Assembly: GCA_030601675.1 (NCBI GenBank)
Contig: JAUWBN010000002.1
Location: 2,150-66,149 of the forward strand
Length of the DNA stretch: 64,000 nt
Direction of reading: 5' to 3'
Source of the DNA: Hadesarchaea archaeon
Lineage (GTDB): Archaea; Hadarchaeota; Hadarchaeia; Hadarchaeales; Hadarchaeaceae
Part shown: one piece after another, positions 9,091-19,329 of the stretch
Position numbering within the stretch: the stretch's first letter is position 1
Layout: the number at the start of each line of letters is the position of its first letter
Notes under the pieces: model-generated
What the model was told of the DNA's origin: nothing
What the model saw: only the letters and a program-made list of their open reading frames with translations
The model's database searches: none
Translations under genes and position numbers: made by a program

Positions 9091-10362
9091 TTATCCACCC
9101 GCGCCTGACCTCGCGTGCTCGGACAGCCTTCTGAAGTAATAGGTAAGTGGATTCTTTATCTTACGACAGAGCTCATCCGGATCGCAGAGCGGTGCGGCCG
9201 ACAGCAGTATTTTCGAGCAATTCGGTACGCGGTACCACTTCGATTTTCCGCTGCTCTCTAAGTGGGGCTCGGTCGTCATTCCGAACCCGAGATGGTAGTA
9301 AATGTTCGCCTTTTCTTGGGGTTGATCCTTGAAAAACGGGGGTTTGCATCGCTCGGCCGCATCGAAGATTGGCGCCGCAATCTCATCCCGAATGACTGAA
9401 ATGTCCCTGATGAAATCACCGATTCGGGTGGCGGCCTTGCCCGAAGGAGAAGCACGCGCGTAAGAGAGAAATGAAGTCAGTAAAACGGTGATCGCGTAGT
9501 TCCTCATCCCGGAGCCGACCCCACCCATAGCTATCTTCACGCATGGGGGAAAGAACTCTAAGCGAAGCTTTCCCATCGGCACGCGCGCAAACCTCTCGCG
9601 AAGACCGAGCTCTGGAGGCAAAAGTGACGATATGCGTTCACCAACCTCAGTAAGTCGCTTGGACGGTGCCCCGATGTCGGAGAAGCGCTCGTATACCGAT
9701 GCCACGTATTCCTCAGTTCGCACGGCTATGAAATCTGAAAAAAGATCCCAGAGATCGCGAGGGGTGATCACCGCCCTCCCGTTCACCAGATAGAGCTTCG
9801 TTAGCTCGGCGCGTCGATGCCTGAGCAGGGGTGCAAGGTCCGTCCAGCGCACCGCATACCTAGGTAAATACTGTGGGAGTAGGCGATCGTCTACTGTTTC
9901 TATGCCGTCCTCCGCGAGGCGTCGGTCGCGTATCTTGTAGAGGTCCTCCCGCGGGATCTCCACACCGCCGAGCTTGACACCATTGCCGCCCTCCAGCTGG
10001 ATGAGCTTGATCGAACGCTTAACCACCTCCAAACACAAATCCTCGTGACCGCGTTTGAAAAGGTCGTACATACGATATTTAATCGTCTCCTTTGTCGCGT
10101 CACTTATCAGACGGGCCTCACGTGAGTAGGGGTACGACACTGCTGCCACACCTTGGCACATGAGGTAAAAGGAGAGTACGTCAGCCCGAATTGTCTCAGC
10201 ATCGGGCCCGACCACCATGTCCTTGCTCGACCATTTCACGCGTGCGATGGTCCGATCGACTATTTCCTGCGGCATCGAATCCAGCGGGGGTGATGTCTCC
10301 ACCAGCTTCTTTGCCTCCGCTGCAAATGGATCTAGCGTTGCCACATACTCGGGAGCGATCAA
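9091..10362 (-). CDS. priL: DNA primase large subunit
   Basis: FFPPCVK, RNYAITVLLTSFL, C-terminal Fe-S cysteines (PNC, LC..C); adjacent to priS. Confidence 0.85.
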   Translation of the reverse strand: MIAPEYVATLDPFAAEAKKLVETSPPLDSMPQEIVDRTIARVKWSSKDMVVGPDAETIRADVLSFYLMCQGVAAVSYPYSREARLISDATKETIKYRMYDLFKRGHEDLCLEVVKRSIKLIQLEGGNGVKLGGVEIPREDLYKIRDRRLAEDGIETVDDRLLPQYLPRYAVRWTDLAPLLRHRRAELTKLYLVNGRAVITPRDLWDLFSDFIAVRTEEYVASVYERFSDIGAPSKRLTEVGERISSLLPPELGLRERFARVPMGKLRLEFFPPCVKIAMGGVGSGMRNYAITVLLTSFLSYARASPSGKAATRIGDFIRDISVIRDEIAAPIFDAAERCKPPFFKDQPQEKANIYYHLGFGMTTEPHLESSGKSKWYRVPNCSKILLSAAPLCDPDELCRKIKNPLTYYFRRLSEHARSGAGG

Positions 10363-10434
10363 GGCCCAGCCTCACCAACGGTTCATTCTTGAATAATTTG
10401 GCGCCATCGCATTTAATCGTTGGGGGCGATGAAT

Positions 10435-11190
10435 TTACTCCGCCTCGATTCTTGGGGCCAACAAGAACCGCAGCCTGCCTTTGCCCTCTGCGACCTGGAA
10501 GTCCAGCTGAATCGGTAGGTCAGTGCCCAAGTTGATGGTGATGATGTCCGATGGCCCCGCTGCCTTCGCCATGTCGCTGAGATATTTTATGTTGAACATC
10601 ACGCGTGCCGGTTGCTTGACGCTGAGCTTCAGCAGCGCCTGATCGCCCTTGCGCAGTTTGAGCTCGGAGGTGCCCTTATCGCTCTCAGCGGAAAGGGTAA
10701 ATCCATCCTCGCTCAATTCGAATTTTACGTTGTCCCCCACGATCTCGGCATCCTTCAATCCGTCTTGGATCACCCCTGCCACCACATCGACGGTCGCGGT
10801 GAACTGAAGCTTTGGCTCGGGCAACTCCGCCTCGCTTACATCAATGAGCGGCAAGCTGAGGCGCCTCGTCGATACACCCCTGAATGTGAGAGTCAAACGA
10901 TTTTTCTCCTCGTCGAGCTCGAGGGTCAGCTCATCTTCGGCCTTGGCGCGTGCAAGGATCTTGTTCATCTCGGTGAGGCCTATGCCCAAAGTCGTTGGTT
11001 GGTTGACCTTGTACTCCTCGAACGCCGAAGCCGGCAACTCGAAATCCAACAGCGCAACGTGCGAGGGGTCCATCGCCTTCATCTTGATGCCCTCGGGGGT
11101 GAACTTGAATGCCGCCTCGTCGATGAGGTTCACCATCGCGCTCACGCATGTCTTCCAAGTCTTCGAATCCGCCATCCGAGCACTCACCAT
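10435..11190 (-). CDS. pcn: PCNA sliding clamp
   Basis: IKMKAMDPSHVALLDF, FNIKYLSDM, FLLAPRIE; start moved to 11190. Confidence 0.95.
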   Translation of the reverse strand: MVSARMADSKTWKTCVSAMVNLIDEAAFKFTPEGIKMKAMDPSHVALLDFELPASAFEEYKVNQPTTLGIGLTEMNKILARAKAEDELTLELDEEKNRLTLTFRGVSTRRLSLPLIDVSEAELPEPKLQFTATVDVVAGVIQDGLKDAEIVGDNVKFELSEDGFTLSAESDKGTSELKLRKGDQALLKLSVKQPARVMFNIKYLSDMAKAAGPSDIITINLGTDLPIQLDFQVAEGKGRLRFLLAPRIEAE

Positions 11191-11191
11191 T

Positions 11192-11545
11192 TCACCTCGC
11201 CTCCTCGAGTTCCCCTTCCAATTTTTTGACCTCGCGCCTGACCTCCTCATACAACCCCAAGTCCAGACCATCAACACGCTGTACGATCTCGGCCCGCAGC
11301 TCGTGGGCACCAGCGACGTTCAGCGGCATCCCGAACACCCTGACCCTTGAGCCTACCTCCACGCCCTCGACCACCGCTGGATCATCGAAAACCACGGTGA
11401 GGCGACTGGAGCCATCGTCGAGCATGAATTCGGCCTCTTTTTTATCAACGACTAATCCGATTACCCTCACGCGCTCATCGCCTATTTTTATCTCAGAGAT
11501 TTTCCTGCTGCGCGCCGGCTTTACGCGCGGTCGAAGTTCTTCCAT
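11192..11545 (-). CDS. single OB-fold protein resembling the small RPA subunit (RPA14/Rpa3)
   Basis: PARSRKISEI..DERVRVIGLVV..FMLDDGS..VRVFG..AEIVQ pattern recalled from Pyrococcus RPA14; C-terminal helix. Confidence 0.7.
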   Translation of the reverse strand: MEELRPRVKPARSRKISEIKIGDERVRVIGLVVDKKEAEFMLDDGSSRLTVVFDDPAVVEGVEVGSRVRVFGMPLNVAGAHELRAEIVQRVDGLDLGLYEEVRREVKKLEGELEEAR

Positions 11546-11595
11546 GTTTGGGTCCCCACCATTTGTCTTCCTATTACGTTTAATCATTCCATGTT

Positions 11596-11922
11596 TTAGG
11601 TATATTCCCTCCAGGTGTGACCACACTTTGTGCAGCGGTAGAACCGTGTCGTTGCTTCGTCTGCTGCACGCGTCTGCCTCAGCCACCAATAGGCTGTGTC
11701 GTGCCCGCATTTAGTGCAACGAATTCGCGTGGTAGGTAGAGCTGGCTTTAATTCTTTTTCGACAACTGTTATTTCTTCTTCTGGCTTGGCTCCCTTGACA
11801 ACTTTATACTCCTCTAATTTTGCCTCTTTCGCGACATAACCACAAACATTGCAGACCAAGATTGGCCCCTTCTCGATCTGCTTTGGTAGCATCAGCCCTC
11901 CGCACTTCGGACAGAACTGCAT
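11596..11922 (-). CDS. tfs: transcription factor S (TFS)
   Basis: MQFCPKCG; C-terminal Zn ribbon QTRAADE..TRFYRCTKCGHTWREY with acidic DE pair. Confidence 0.95.
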   Translation of the reverse strand: MQFCPKCGGLMLPKQIEKGPILVCNVCGYVAKEAKLEEYKVVKGAKPEEEITVVEKELKPALPTTRIRCTKCGHDTAYWWLRQTRAADEATTRFYRCTKCGHTWREYT

Positions 11923-11926
11923 GCGC

Positions 11927-12319
11927 TCACCTCAGCCCCGCATCCTTTAAAATCCGTGCGTGATCGAAGGCAAGGTCGCGCCAAGGGATGCGTTTGAAAA
12001 TTTTTACGTCTTGAGCGTCGCTGCTTGCTCTTAACCTGCCGCCCGCCCGTCTTGCCGAAAAACATACGCTGACGACGTGCCCCCGCGGGTCGCGCTTTGG
12101 ATCTGAGTACACGCCCACGAGCTTCCCCAGCTTGACTCTTAAACCTGTCTCCTCCCTCACCTCGCGCGCCGCTGCATCTTCGGCCCTCTCACCATAGCAC
12201 ACGAAACCGCCGGGCAAAGCCCACCTCCCCTTATACGGCTCATTCCTTCGCTTGACTAACACCACGCCCCCGGGGGTTCGGATGATAACGTCGACCACGA
12301 GCATCGGGTGCCGCCTCAC
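11927..12319 (-). CDS. NUDIX hydrolase
   Basis: [24 protein letters not shown] Nudix box, [14 protein letters not shown]. Confidence 0.9.
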   Translation of the reverse strand: MRRHPMLVVDVIIRTPGGVVLVKRRNEPYKGRWALPGGFVCYGERAEDAAAREVREETGLRVKLGKLVGVYSDPKRDPRGHVVSVCFSARRAGGRLRASSDAQDVKIFKRIPWRDLAFDHARILKDAGLR

Positions 12320-12323
12320 GCCA

Positions 12324-12872
12324 TCAGCTCCCCTGGAACCAGAGCGATAGGTGACCGAGCTCCGGGATCACGAAAATTACCTTGCCTCTAATTTGCTCGG
12401 GCTTGAGGGGTGAATCTAGGGAGGTTACGTTATCCCCCTTTGTCGTGGTCCTGGCTATCCCGTTCTCGTCGCTCCACATAACGACGACCCTGTGGACGGT
12501 CGGTATCGGCCTACCAGTGTCAAACAGAATGACATCGCCTATCGAGATCTCCGTGACAGAACTCACACCTTGAATGATAAGCATGTCTCCGCGCTCGAAC
12601 CCGCCCTGAAGTGGAAATTGGGAGGTGTCATAACCATTCGTTTCGAAAATCTCCCTCCAACCCTCGCCATCGTGCTTCATGCTGTTGGACACTACCGCCA
12701 TCCAGTACGTGTCGGTCCGCAGGGCCAAGACCAGAACGCCGCTCACGCCGAAATAGAGGATTGATAGAATCAAGACGAATTCCAACACTTCTCGGACTAT
12801 CTTACGGCCAAATATCTTTACTGCAAATCCCTTGGCCACACGTAGCTTCTTCCGTGATTTTTTCGCCCTCAA
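12324..12872 (-). CDS. signal peptidase I (S26B)-like
   Basis: N-terminal TM helix, VVSNSM (catalytic Ser), RGD, VHRVV, TKGDN. Confidence 0.8.
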   Translation of the reverse strand: MRAKKSRKKLRVAKGFAVKIFGRKIVREVLEFVLILSILYFGVSGVLVLALRTDTYWMAVVSNSMKHDGEGWREIFETNGYDTSQFPLQGGFERGDMLIIQGVSSVTEISIGDVILFDTGRPIPTVHRVVVMWSDENGIARTTTKGDNVTSLDSPLKPEQIRGKVIFVIPELGHLSLWFQGS

Positions 12873-12873
12873 G

Positions 12874-13479
12874 CTAGGCCCTCCCGTAACTTTCGCCGCG
12901 CACCATGGCCGTGGCGATTAGGTGCGCGACCCTCAACGGCTCTGGAATCAGGCTACGTGTCGAAGTCAATTTTACAACCTGCTCAGCATCGGCGCGCCTC
13001 ATGCCGACGAACTGCACGCAAATGGGCGCCGCTCGACGTTTAGTCCTCACTGAATAAATCTTACCCGAGCCCTTAACTACTTTCCACCGCTCATGCCAGT
13101 TTGGAAGGTGCTTAATTGCCTTCCTGACATCCGCCATATTTGGTCGCTCCCTAGAGACGACAATCACCGGCAGACCTGTCTGTTTGAACACCACCTTGAT
13201 GTCGAGAACATTAAAGCCGGCAAAGGTCACGCCGTCCGCCATCACTATCCTGAGCTGCCCCCGGTGGCGACTCCGGTTGATCATCCCGACCACCCGCTCG
13301 GTCACGTCGGTACCGTCCTGCTCGATTGTGGTGCTCAAAACCCCGTCGAGCCATCGGCCTCCCCTGAAAACAACCCCTACGAGTGGGACTTTCCCTCCCG
13401 CACGCGGCTCGAATGGCCCGTCATCTATGCCGAGAATCCTTATCTCTGGCTTTATCTGCCAAAATTTGACTTTTTGCAA
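12874..13479 (-). CDS. DUF99 / endonuclease V-like protein
   Basis: ILGIDDGPF, DGTDVT, DGVTFAGFNVLD, IPEPLRVAHLIA. Confidence 0.85.
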   Translation of the reverse strand: MQKVKFWQIKPEIRILGIDDGPFEPRAGGKVPLVGVVFRGGRWLDGVLSTTIEQDGTDVTERVVGMINRSRHRGQLRIVMADGVTFAGFNVLDIKVVFKQTGLPVIVVSRERPNMADVRKAIKHLPNWHERWKVVKGSGKIYSVRTKRRAAPICVQFVGMRRADAEQVVKLTSTRSLIPEPLRVAHLIATAMVRGESYGRA

Positions 13480-13509
13480 CTCATGCCCCCGCGAGGAGCG
13501 CTCCGCGGT

Positions 13510-13791
13510 TTATTTCTTGAGCCCTCGCTGCAGCTGCTGCTGTAGCTCCTTCAACTGTTCCGCCACCCGTCGAGCTGCATCCGTGAGGGCGCGCTCGGGC
13601 GTCTTTCCTTTTTTTGTCTTCACGTAGAACTTGGGGGGTTCCGTGAGGGGGTGTTCGATCACATAGGATGCCGCAACGACGTGTTTATCATCGTGCAGGG
13701 TCTTGCGTAGGAGGTTGCAGAGGGTGTGATCCTCCCCCCGCACCTTTATCAGTAGACTACCCTCGCCCTTTTCGACGAGCTCAAGCTCCAC
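13510..13791 (-). CDS. rpoL: RNA polymerase subunit L (Rpo11)
   Basis: GEDHTLCNLLR..ASYVIEHPL. Confidence 0.95.
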   Translation of the reverse strand: MELELVEKGEGSLLIKVRGEDHTLCNLLRKTLHDDKHVVAASYVIEHPLTEPPKFYVKTKKGKTPERALTDAARRVAEQLKELQQQLQRGLKK

Positions 13792-13793
13792 GG

Positions 13794-14033
13794 CTACACC
13801 TTACCTAACTTGCCCGCGCCGACTTTGAGGATTGCGGGATTTTTGAGGAGCTCCATTATCTTGCGCTCCAGCTCACGTGCTTCGTCCTTGGAGCCGAACA
13901 CCTCTATCTTAATCGCCTTGGGGCGCGACTCCGCGGCCAGATCCACTTCCAGCTTCCCGAGCTCATCCATCAGCGCGATAAGCTGGGAGGTGTCCTTCAC
14001 CCGCACGTTGATGGTTCGCTTACGTTTTTGCAT
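13794..14033 (-). CDS. 79-aa hypothetical protein, possibly the N-terminal domain of DUF2067
   Basis: ATG overlaps csl4 stop; fills csl4-rpoL gap; RTINVRVKD...IKIEVFGSKDE pattern. Confidence 0.5.
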   Translation of the reverse strand: MQKRKRTINVRVKDTSQLIALMDELGKLEVDLAAESRPKAIKIEVFGSKDEARELERKIMELLKNPAILKVGAGKLGKV

Positions 14034-14611
14034 CAGAGGGCTCCCTGGCGGTAATCGCTCGCGAGCTTCCTGAACTCTAGATTGCCGCACTCCGGACAGC
14101 GAAGTTTGGAATCCTCTCGCTCGAGCAGCGTACGACAGCGCGAGCAGGCCGCCACGATCACCCCTATATCATCGCCGGCGGTCGAGAGCTGAACTGGCTC
14201 CCTGCGCGCGTTCAGGACCTGCGCGCGGACGATGTCGCCGGGCTTGAACTGGTGGCGCATCTCCTTGACGTAAGCGGTGTGAACCTGAGAAACGTGAATT
14301 GTACCCATGTTCGGAAGGGGGAGCTCCCGATCTTCGCGCCCGCGCAGGACTCCTATGTACACGTTCGCGCTCTGGTCCCGTACGGCCTCGATCCGTCCGA
14401 CCACCATGTCGCCACGCTTCAGTGCCGGTGGGCCTAAGGTGCGGGAGAAGACCGAGATGTGCTTGGTTTGAACATCGACGAGCACCACTCCGGTACAGGA
14501 GGAATAGATCTTGCCGCCCTCCTCGTATGCCCCCTCGCTCGGGACGAACTCCTCCGTGGTTGCGAGGAAGTCTCCGGGGACGACGAAATCGCCTGTTTTT
14601 ATTTCTGCCAT
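14033..14611 (-). CDS. csl4: exosome RNA-binding subunit Csl4
   Basis: VVPGDFL..EEF, S1 domain, C-terminal CSRC..CPECG..E.RK Zn ribbon. Confidence 0.93.
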   Translation of the reverse strand: MAEIKTGDFVVPGDFLATTEEFVPSEGAYEEGGKIYSSCTGVVLVDVQTKHISVFSRTLGPPALKRGDMVVGRIEAVRDQSANVYIGVLRGREDRELPLPNMGTIHVSQVHTAYVKEMRHQFKPGDIVRAQVLNARREPVQLSTAGDDIGVIVAACSRCRTLLEREDSKLRCPECGNLEFRKLASDYRQGAL

Positions 14612-14668
14612 GTTGGTTTCACCTTGACAACTAACCCAACCGAGTTTAAATTACTATCCTTAGGCTTG

Positions 14669-15673
14669 CTAGAAATCTCCCTTGGTTACCTCGTCCATCC
14701 GGTAGGGCTGGAACTTTGCCTTTCCAATCATGACTTGGGTTTCAAATGGTGTTAAAACAGGTTGTTCGAACCGCTCCGCGTCGTCGATGGGTATGCGCGG
14801 GCAGGCGGCGCAGATGAACCCATCGAGCCCAAAATCGCCCAGCTCCTCTGGCCTCACCTCATCGACCGCAAGTACATGCGCGACCTTACCGGCCCGCTTG
14901 AGATCCACAGCTAACTTCACCGCGAGCTTGAAGCGGGCCTGCCCGGGCTTGGTGCTCACGATGACGCCAAACCGCTCGCCCGCTGCAGCTCGAGCGATCA
15001 TCGCCTTTCTCCTCCGCATAAAAACGTTGACATCCGGGGCGAGTACATTGAAGCCCTCCGAAATCGGGTTTACGGCTAAAACCTGCTTGCCGGTCGCGAG
15101 CGCTGCACCCAGCGGGTGAAACTCACCCGTGCCGATGTAGAGAAAACCGTCTACGCGAGCGGCGACCGAGCGGGCACAGCCAAAATCGCAGCCCAGGAGT
15201 TGCCCGGGGTACTTCGCGCTCGGTCCCGGCCTGCCGATGAACGTTTTAATCCCGCGCGAGCGAAGGAGCTTCGCGACCCCCCGCAGGTGGGCGATGTGCT
15301 GAACGGTGGTGAGCAACCCCACGCGCTTGAACTTCAGCTCGGGCAGCGCTCGCTCAACCATCCTGAGCGGGTCGGCCGGCATGCGCGCCTCGATGTAGAG
15401 AGTCGGCAAGCAGGTGGACATCCCCATGTCTGCATGCCCATAGTGAACCAACACGTCGCACCCAAGCTGCTTTGCCTTTGCATCGGCTGGATCACAAGCA
15501 CCATAACAACTGTCCGCCAACACGAGTGTTTCAACGTCCACCCCAGCGAAAGGTTCCACAATTTCTTGTAGGTGCCGCTTCAGCCCCGCGGGGAGTTGAA
15601 TCCCCGCTCGCTTCGCTCGATGTTGCTTTAAAAACCGCTTGACTCGCGCCCGTTCGAAATCGTAAAGGTTCAA
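14669..15673 (-). CDS. dph2: diphthamide biosynthesis enzyme Dph2
   Basis: QLPAGLK, SCYGACD, HYGH, GQLLGC, ACPR Fe-S cysteines. Confidence 0.92.
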   Translation of the reverse strand: MNLYDFERARVKRFLKQHRAKRAGIQLPAGLKRHLQEIVEPFAGVDVETLVLADSCYGACDPADAKAKQLGCDVLVHYGHADMGMSTCLPTLYIEARMPADPLRMVERALPELKFKRVGLLTTVQHIAHLRGVAKLLRSRGIKTFIGRPGPSAKYPGQLLGCDFGCARSVAARVDGFLYIGTGEFHPLGAALATGKQVLAVNPISEGFNVLAPDVNVFMRRRKAMIARAAAGERFGVIVSTKPGQARFKLAVKLAVDLKRAGKVAHVLAVDEVRPEELGDFGLDGFICAACPRIPIDDAERFEQPVLTPFETQVMIGKAKFQPYRMDEVTKGDF

Positions 15674-15722
15674 ACAACTTTCACCATTTATTGGTCAATG
15701 TACAAAGTATAATGGGTATCGT

Positions 15723-17051
15723 GTGTTGTCGACCAATGTTAAATGGCTTCGTGACATCATCGCGTCCGAACAAGTTGGCGAGCTCGCGGCATTTAGAGAA
15801 ATCAAAGTTGCCCGAGTCCCCTCGAGCTCCCTCTGCCTGCTGTGCAAGGGCGGACGGATGCTCTGTGGTAAGCTGAGATGTCCAATCGTGGCCAAAGCGC
15901 AATCGCTCGCCAAATCGAGCCTGCAGATCACCTCCCCCCGCATCCAGGGCTCAACGCCTCCCGGGGTGTTCGTCGGGCGCATAGGCTATCCCAAAGTTTA
16001 CATCGGCCCCATGGTCCCTCCCTACCGAGGCGACACCGAAATTCTCGACACCCCTGAGCTATGGCTTGGGAAAAGTATTCAGGACATCATCGACTATCGC
16101 TTCGCCTTGATCCGGGGAACGGCGCGTGCGAGCGTGTACGACGCCCAGTCCGGCGGGAAGCTGATCGACGTGCTCCAAGAGCTGGCGATGGGGAAGCGGC
16201 CCGTCGACGCCGAGGCTTTGCTCACCCGAGTACCAAACCGAGTGATAACCCTGAGTGGGGAAACCCAACCATTTGGCCCCTCCGCACCGCTGAAATCTTT
16301 CAAGGCGTCCGACGTGAGTGTCGATCGCAGGGTGGAGCGAGCATTCTACGACCGCGACCTGAAGGCGGGCGATGCGGTCGTCGGGCTCTACGAAGATGAT
16401 GTTTTGGTCACGCGCATCCAACGGGCTTTCAGCTTAGGGATGTTCGGCTTCCAAAAGCGGAGAAAGCTCGTCCCGACCCGCTGGAGCATCACGGCAGTCG
16501 ACTCGATCCTGTCGCTCGAACTAATCGATCAAATGAAGCAGCACGACACAATCGATGAGTACCGCGTCTACTCCTTCGAACACCTCGACAATCGGTTCGT
16601 CGCGATCCTGATGCCTGAACGCTGGAGTTTCGAGTGGATCGAGGCTTGGTTCCCTGGAACGACTTGGAACCCGGACGAGCGAACGACCGCACCAGCGATG
16701 ATGGGGGACTTCGAGCCCTACCGGGGGCGGACGACCTACCCGGATGTCGGGGGTTGCTACTACGCTTGCAGGCTGGCAGTTGCCGAGAGGCTCAACCAAG
16801 AGCGAAGGCAGGCCTCGGCACTCGTGCTTCGAGAAATTCACCCCGGCTACATCCTGCCCGTGGGCGTCTGGAACGTGCGGGAGAGCATCAGGCAAATGAT
16901 ACAGCTTGAGCCGCAGAAATTTGATAACTTCCAAGCGGCACTACGGCACGCTCAGACGAAACTCACGATCCCGCTGCGCAAGTGGATTAAAACAAGCGAG
17001 CTGTTGAAGCGGGCTCTTTTCCAGAAAAAGATTACGGAGTTTGCCGCATGA
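15723..17051 (+). CDS. nreA: Nre family DNA repair protein
   Basis: CxxCKG..LCG..CP, GSTPPGVFVGR.GYPKV, VPTRWSITAVD, PVGVWNVRE, C-terminal PIP QKKITEF. Confidence 0.9.
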   Translation: MLSTNVKWLRDIIASEQVGELAAFREIKVARVPSSSLCLLCKGGRMLCGKLRCPIVAKAQSLAKSSLQITSPRIQGSTPPGVFVGRIGYPKVYIGPMVPPYRGDTEILDTPELWLGKSIQDIIDYRFALIRGTARASVYDAQSGGKLIDVLQELAMGKRPVDAEALLTRVPNRVITLSGETQPFGPSAPLKSFKASDVSVDRRVERAFYDRDLKAGDAVVGLYEDDVLVTRIQRAFSLGMFGFQKRRKLVPTRWSITAVDSILSLELIDQMKQHDTIDEYRVYSFEHLDNRFVAILMPERWSFEWIEAWFPGTTWNPDERTTAPAMMGDFEPYRGRTTYPDVGGCYYACRLAVAERLNQERRQASALVLREIHPGYILPVGVWNVRESIRQMIQLEPQKFDNFQAALRHAQTKLTIPLRKWIKTSELLKRALFQKKITEFAA

Positions 17052-17884
17052 GCATCGAGTACTCCACCATTAACTGCAAAACCGCACTCTCGCCCAGCAA
17101 GTTGCCTGGGCTGCGCTATTCGCTTAACCCATACCTAGGCTGTGAGCACGGCTGTAGGTACTGCTATTCTCCATCAACGCTTCGCGATGAGTGGATGGGG
17201 CTGAACTGGGGGAGATTCGTTAGGATAAAGCAAAACATCGTTGAGGTACTGGCGCGTGAGGTGAAACGGAAGCCAAAAGGCACCGTTGGCGTCAGCACGG
17301 TATGCGATCCCTATCAGCCGCTGGAGGCAAAACTCGAGCTGACGCGAAAATGCATCGAGCTGTTATCAAGGCGCGGCTTTCCCGTGTCGATTCAGACGAA
17401 GTCGAGCCTAGTGCTTCGCGATGTCGACTTGATCGTGCCAGAAAAATTTGATGTCGGGGTAACGATAACCACGATGGATCGCAAACTGGCAGGCAAGTTC
17501 GAGCCAAGGGCCTCGCTGCCGGATGCGCGTGCCCAAGTGCTCGAGGAGTTCTCGTCACGGGGCGTGGAGACGTGGCTCTTCCTTGGACCAATCATCCCCG
17601 AGATAAACGACAGCGAGAATGGCCTGCGGCAGGTAATCGAGGTTGCCCACCGAACTCGCAGCAAGCTCGTCTACGATAGGTTTAACATGAAACGTTGGGT
17701 GCTCAACAGGCTCGCGCCAGTGCTCGAAGAGGAGCGCCCCAGGCTTGTGGAACGACTGCCTGATCTTATCCGGGAGCAATCGGAGAGCTGGCGCAGAACC
17801 TGCTCGATGGTGGAGTCGATCTGCAGGGAGCTGGGAGTGAGGTGCGAGCCAGCTTTTCGAACTCATCCATTCACCAACAAATAA
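17048..17884 (+). CDS. radical SAM protein, SplB/Rv2578c-like
   Basis: LNPYLGCEHGCRYCY, STVCDPYQP, IQTKS; 4-nt overlap with nreA. Confidence 0.85.
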   Translation: MSIEYSTINCKTALSPSKLPGLRYSLNPYLGCEHGCRYCYSPSTLRDEWMGLNWGRFVRIKQNIVEVLAREVKRKPKGTVGVSTVCDPYQPLEAKLELTRKCIELLSRRGFPVSIQTKSSLVLRDVDLIVPEKFDVGVTITTMDRKLAGKFEPRASLPDARAQVLEEFSSRGVETWLFLGPIIPEINDSENGLRQVIEVAHRTRSKLVYDRFNMKRWVLNRLAPVLEEERPRLVERLPDLIREQSESWRRTCSMVESICRELGVRCEPAFRTHPFTNK

Positions 17885-17933
17885 CTCTTTTTAGCGTGAA
17901 ACACTTTTAATTTCCAGAGGGAGGGTAAAGAAC

Positions 17934-19328
17934 TTGGTCCGTGTGCTGTTGATCAATCCCCCGAACAAAACGCAGATGACTGGGGTACTTTTTGGAAACA
18001 TGTGCAAACCCCTAGGCTTGCTCTACATGGCTGCGGTGCTCGAGCAACACGGAATAGAGGTCGGAGTTATAGATGGAGTCGGCGAGGAGCTCAAGCATGA
18101 GGAGCTAGAGGACAGAATTGCGGAGTTTGGTCCTGATGTAGTTGGAATCGCATGCATGATGACTGAAACATACTCCGATTCTGCCGAGATGGTTAGAATA
18201 GCGAGACGGGCTGCTCCAAAAGCGAAGATAATCTTGGGGGGGCACAACGCCTCCTTCGTGGCAGAAAAAATCATCGAGAATCTGCCTGAAGCGGATTACG
18301 TTGTTGTTGGAGAGGGGGAGTATACATTTCTGGAGCTGGTGCGCTCAATGAGCAATAAAAGCAGCATCAGACGGGTAAAAGGCGTGATGTACAGAAACAA
18401 CGGTAGAGCGACCTTCACGGGGGTCAGAGAACCCGTTCAAAATTTGGATGAACTTCCATTCCCGGCCAAACGCCTACTACAGCAGAACGCCCGCTACGGA
18501 TACTTTTTGTACGGAGGGTACAGAATAGCGCTCAAAAATCTTTCAGGGATAATCACCAGCCGCGGATGTCCCTTCGGGTGTACGTTCTGTTCCTGCACCG
18601 CTTTTTCAGGCAGGAAAGTAAGGGCGAGATCACCGGAAAATGTGGTAAAAGAGATGGAATATCTCGTCAACGAGCGCGGTGTCAAGCAGATATTTATCGT
18701 GGACGACAATTTCACGGTGTTTCCGAAGCGCGTCATGGAAATATGTAGACTTATCAAAGAAAAAAACATCAATGTCAACTGGTTCTGTGAGGGCAGGGTC
18801 GACACGGCTTCTGAGGAGATGTACAAAGCTATGGCCAACGCTGGGTGCTGGCTGATCTTTTTGGGTCTCGAGAGTGGGAGCCAGCGGATTCTAGATTACT
18901 ATGAAAAGAAGACGACGGTTGAAAAGGGGTGGCAGGCGGTTGCTCTTGCTCAAAAAGCTGGCATAGATGTCATTGGTTCCTTCATAGTTGGGGCCCCGAT
19001 TGAGACCGAGGAGGATTATCAGAAGACGCTCGATTTTATCAAGCGTGCCGACATGGACGTGATAAGTATAAACTCGCTTAAAGTATTGCCGGGTACAGAA
19101 CTCTGGCGGAGGTTCGAGGAAAGCGGTGCGATCAAGCCCAGCGATTGGAACAAATATTTTGAGATATTTGACGTATACGATGGGCATTCAAAGGAGAAGA
19201 TACGCAGGTGGATGAGGACCGCTGAAAAAGGATTCTACCTCCGCCCAAACTACATAGTCAAAGAGATAGGAAGGTTATTTGGGCGGCGTAGAAAACTGAT
19301 TTTCTATGTCCTGCGGAATCTTTTCTGA
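17934..19328 (+). CDS. B12-binding radical SAM protein (class B methyltransferase-like)
   Basis: PLGLLYMAA, GGHNA, SRGCPFGCTFCS, DDNF, GLESGSQ. Confidence 0.9.
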   Translation: MVRVLLINPPNKTQMTGVLFGNMCKPLGLLYMAAVLEQHGIEVGVIDGVGEELKHEELEDRIAEFGPDVVGIACMMTETYSDSAEMVRIARRAAPKAKIILGGHNASFVAEKIIENLPEADYVVVGEGEYTFLELVRSMSNKSSIRRVKGVMYRNNGRATFTGVREPVQNLDELPFPAKRLLQQNARYGYFLYGGYRIALKNLSGIITSRGCPFGCTFCSCTAFSGRKVRARSPENVVKEMEYLVNERGVKQIFIVDDNFTVFPKRVMEICRLIKEKNINVNWFCEGRVDTASEEMYKAMANAGCWLIFLGLESGSQRILDYYEKKTTVEKGWQAVALAQKAGIDVIGSFIVGAPIETEEDYQKTLDFIKRADMDVISINSLKVLPGTELWRRFEESGAIKPSDWNKYFEIFDVYDGHSKEKIRRWMRTAEKGFYLRPNYIVKEIGRLFGRRRKLIFYVLRNLF

Positions 19329-19329
19329 G

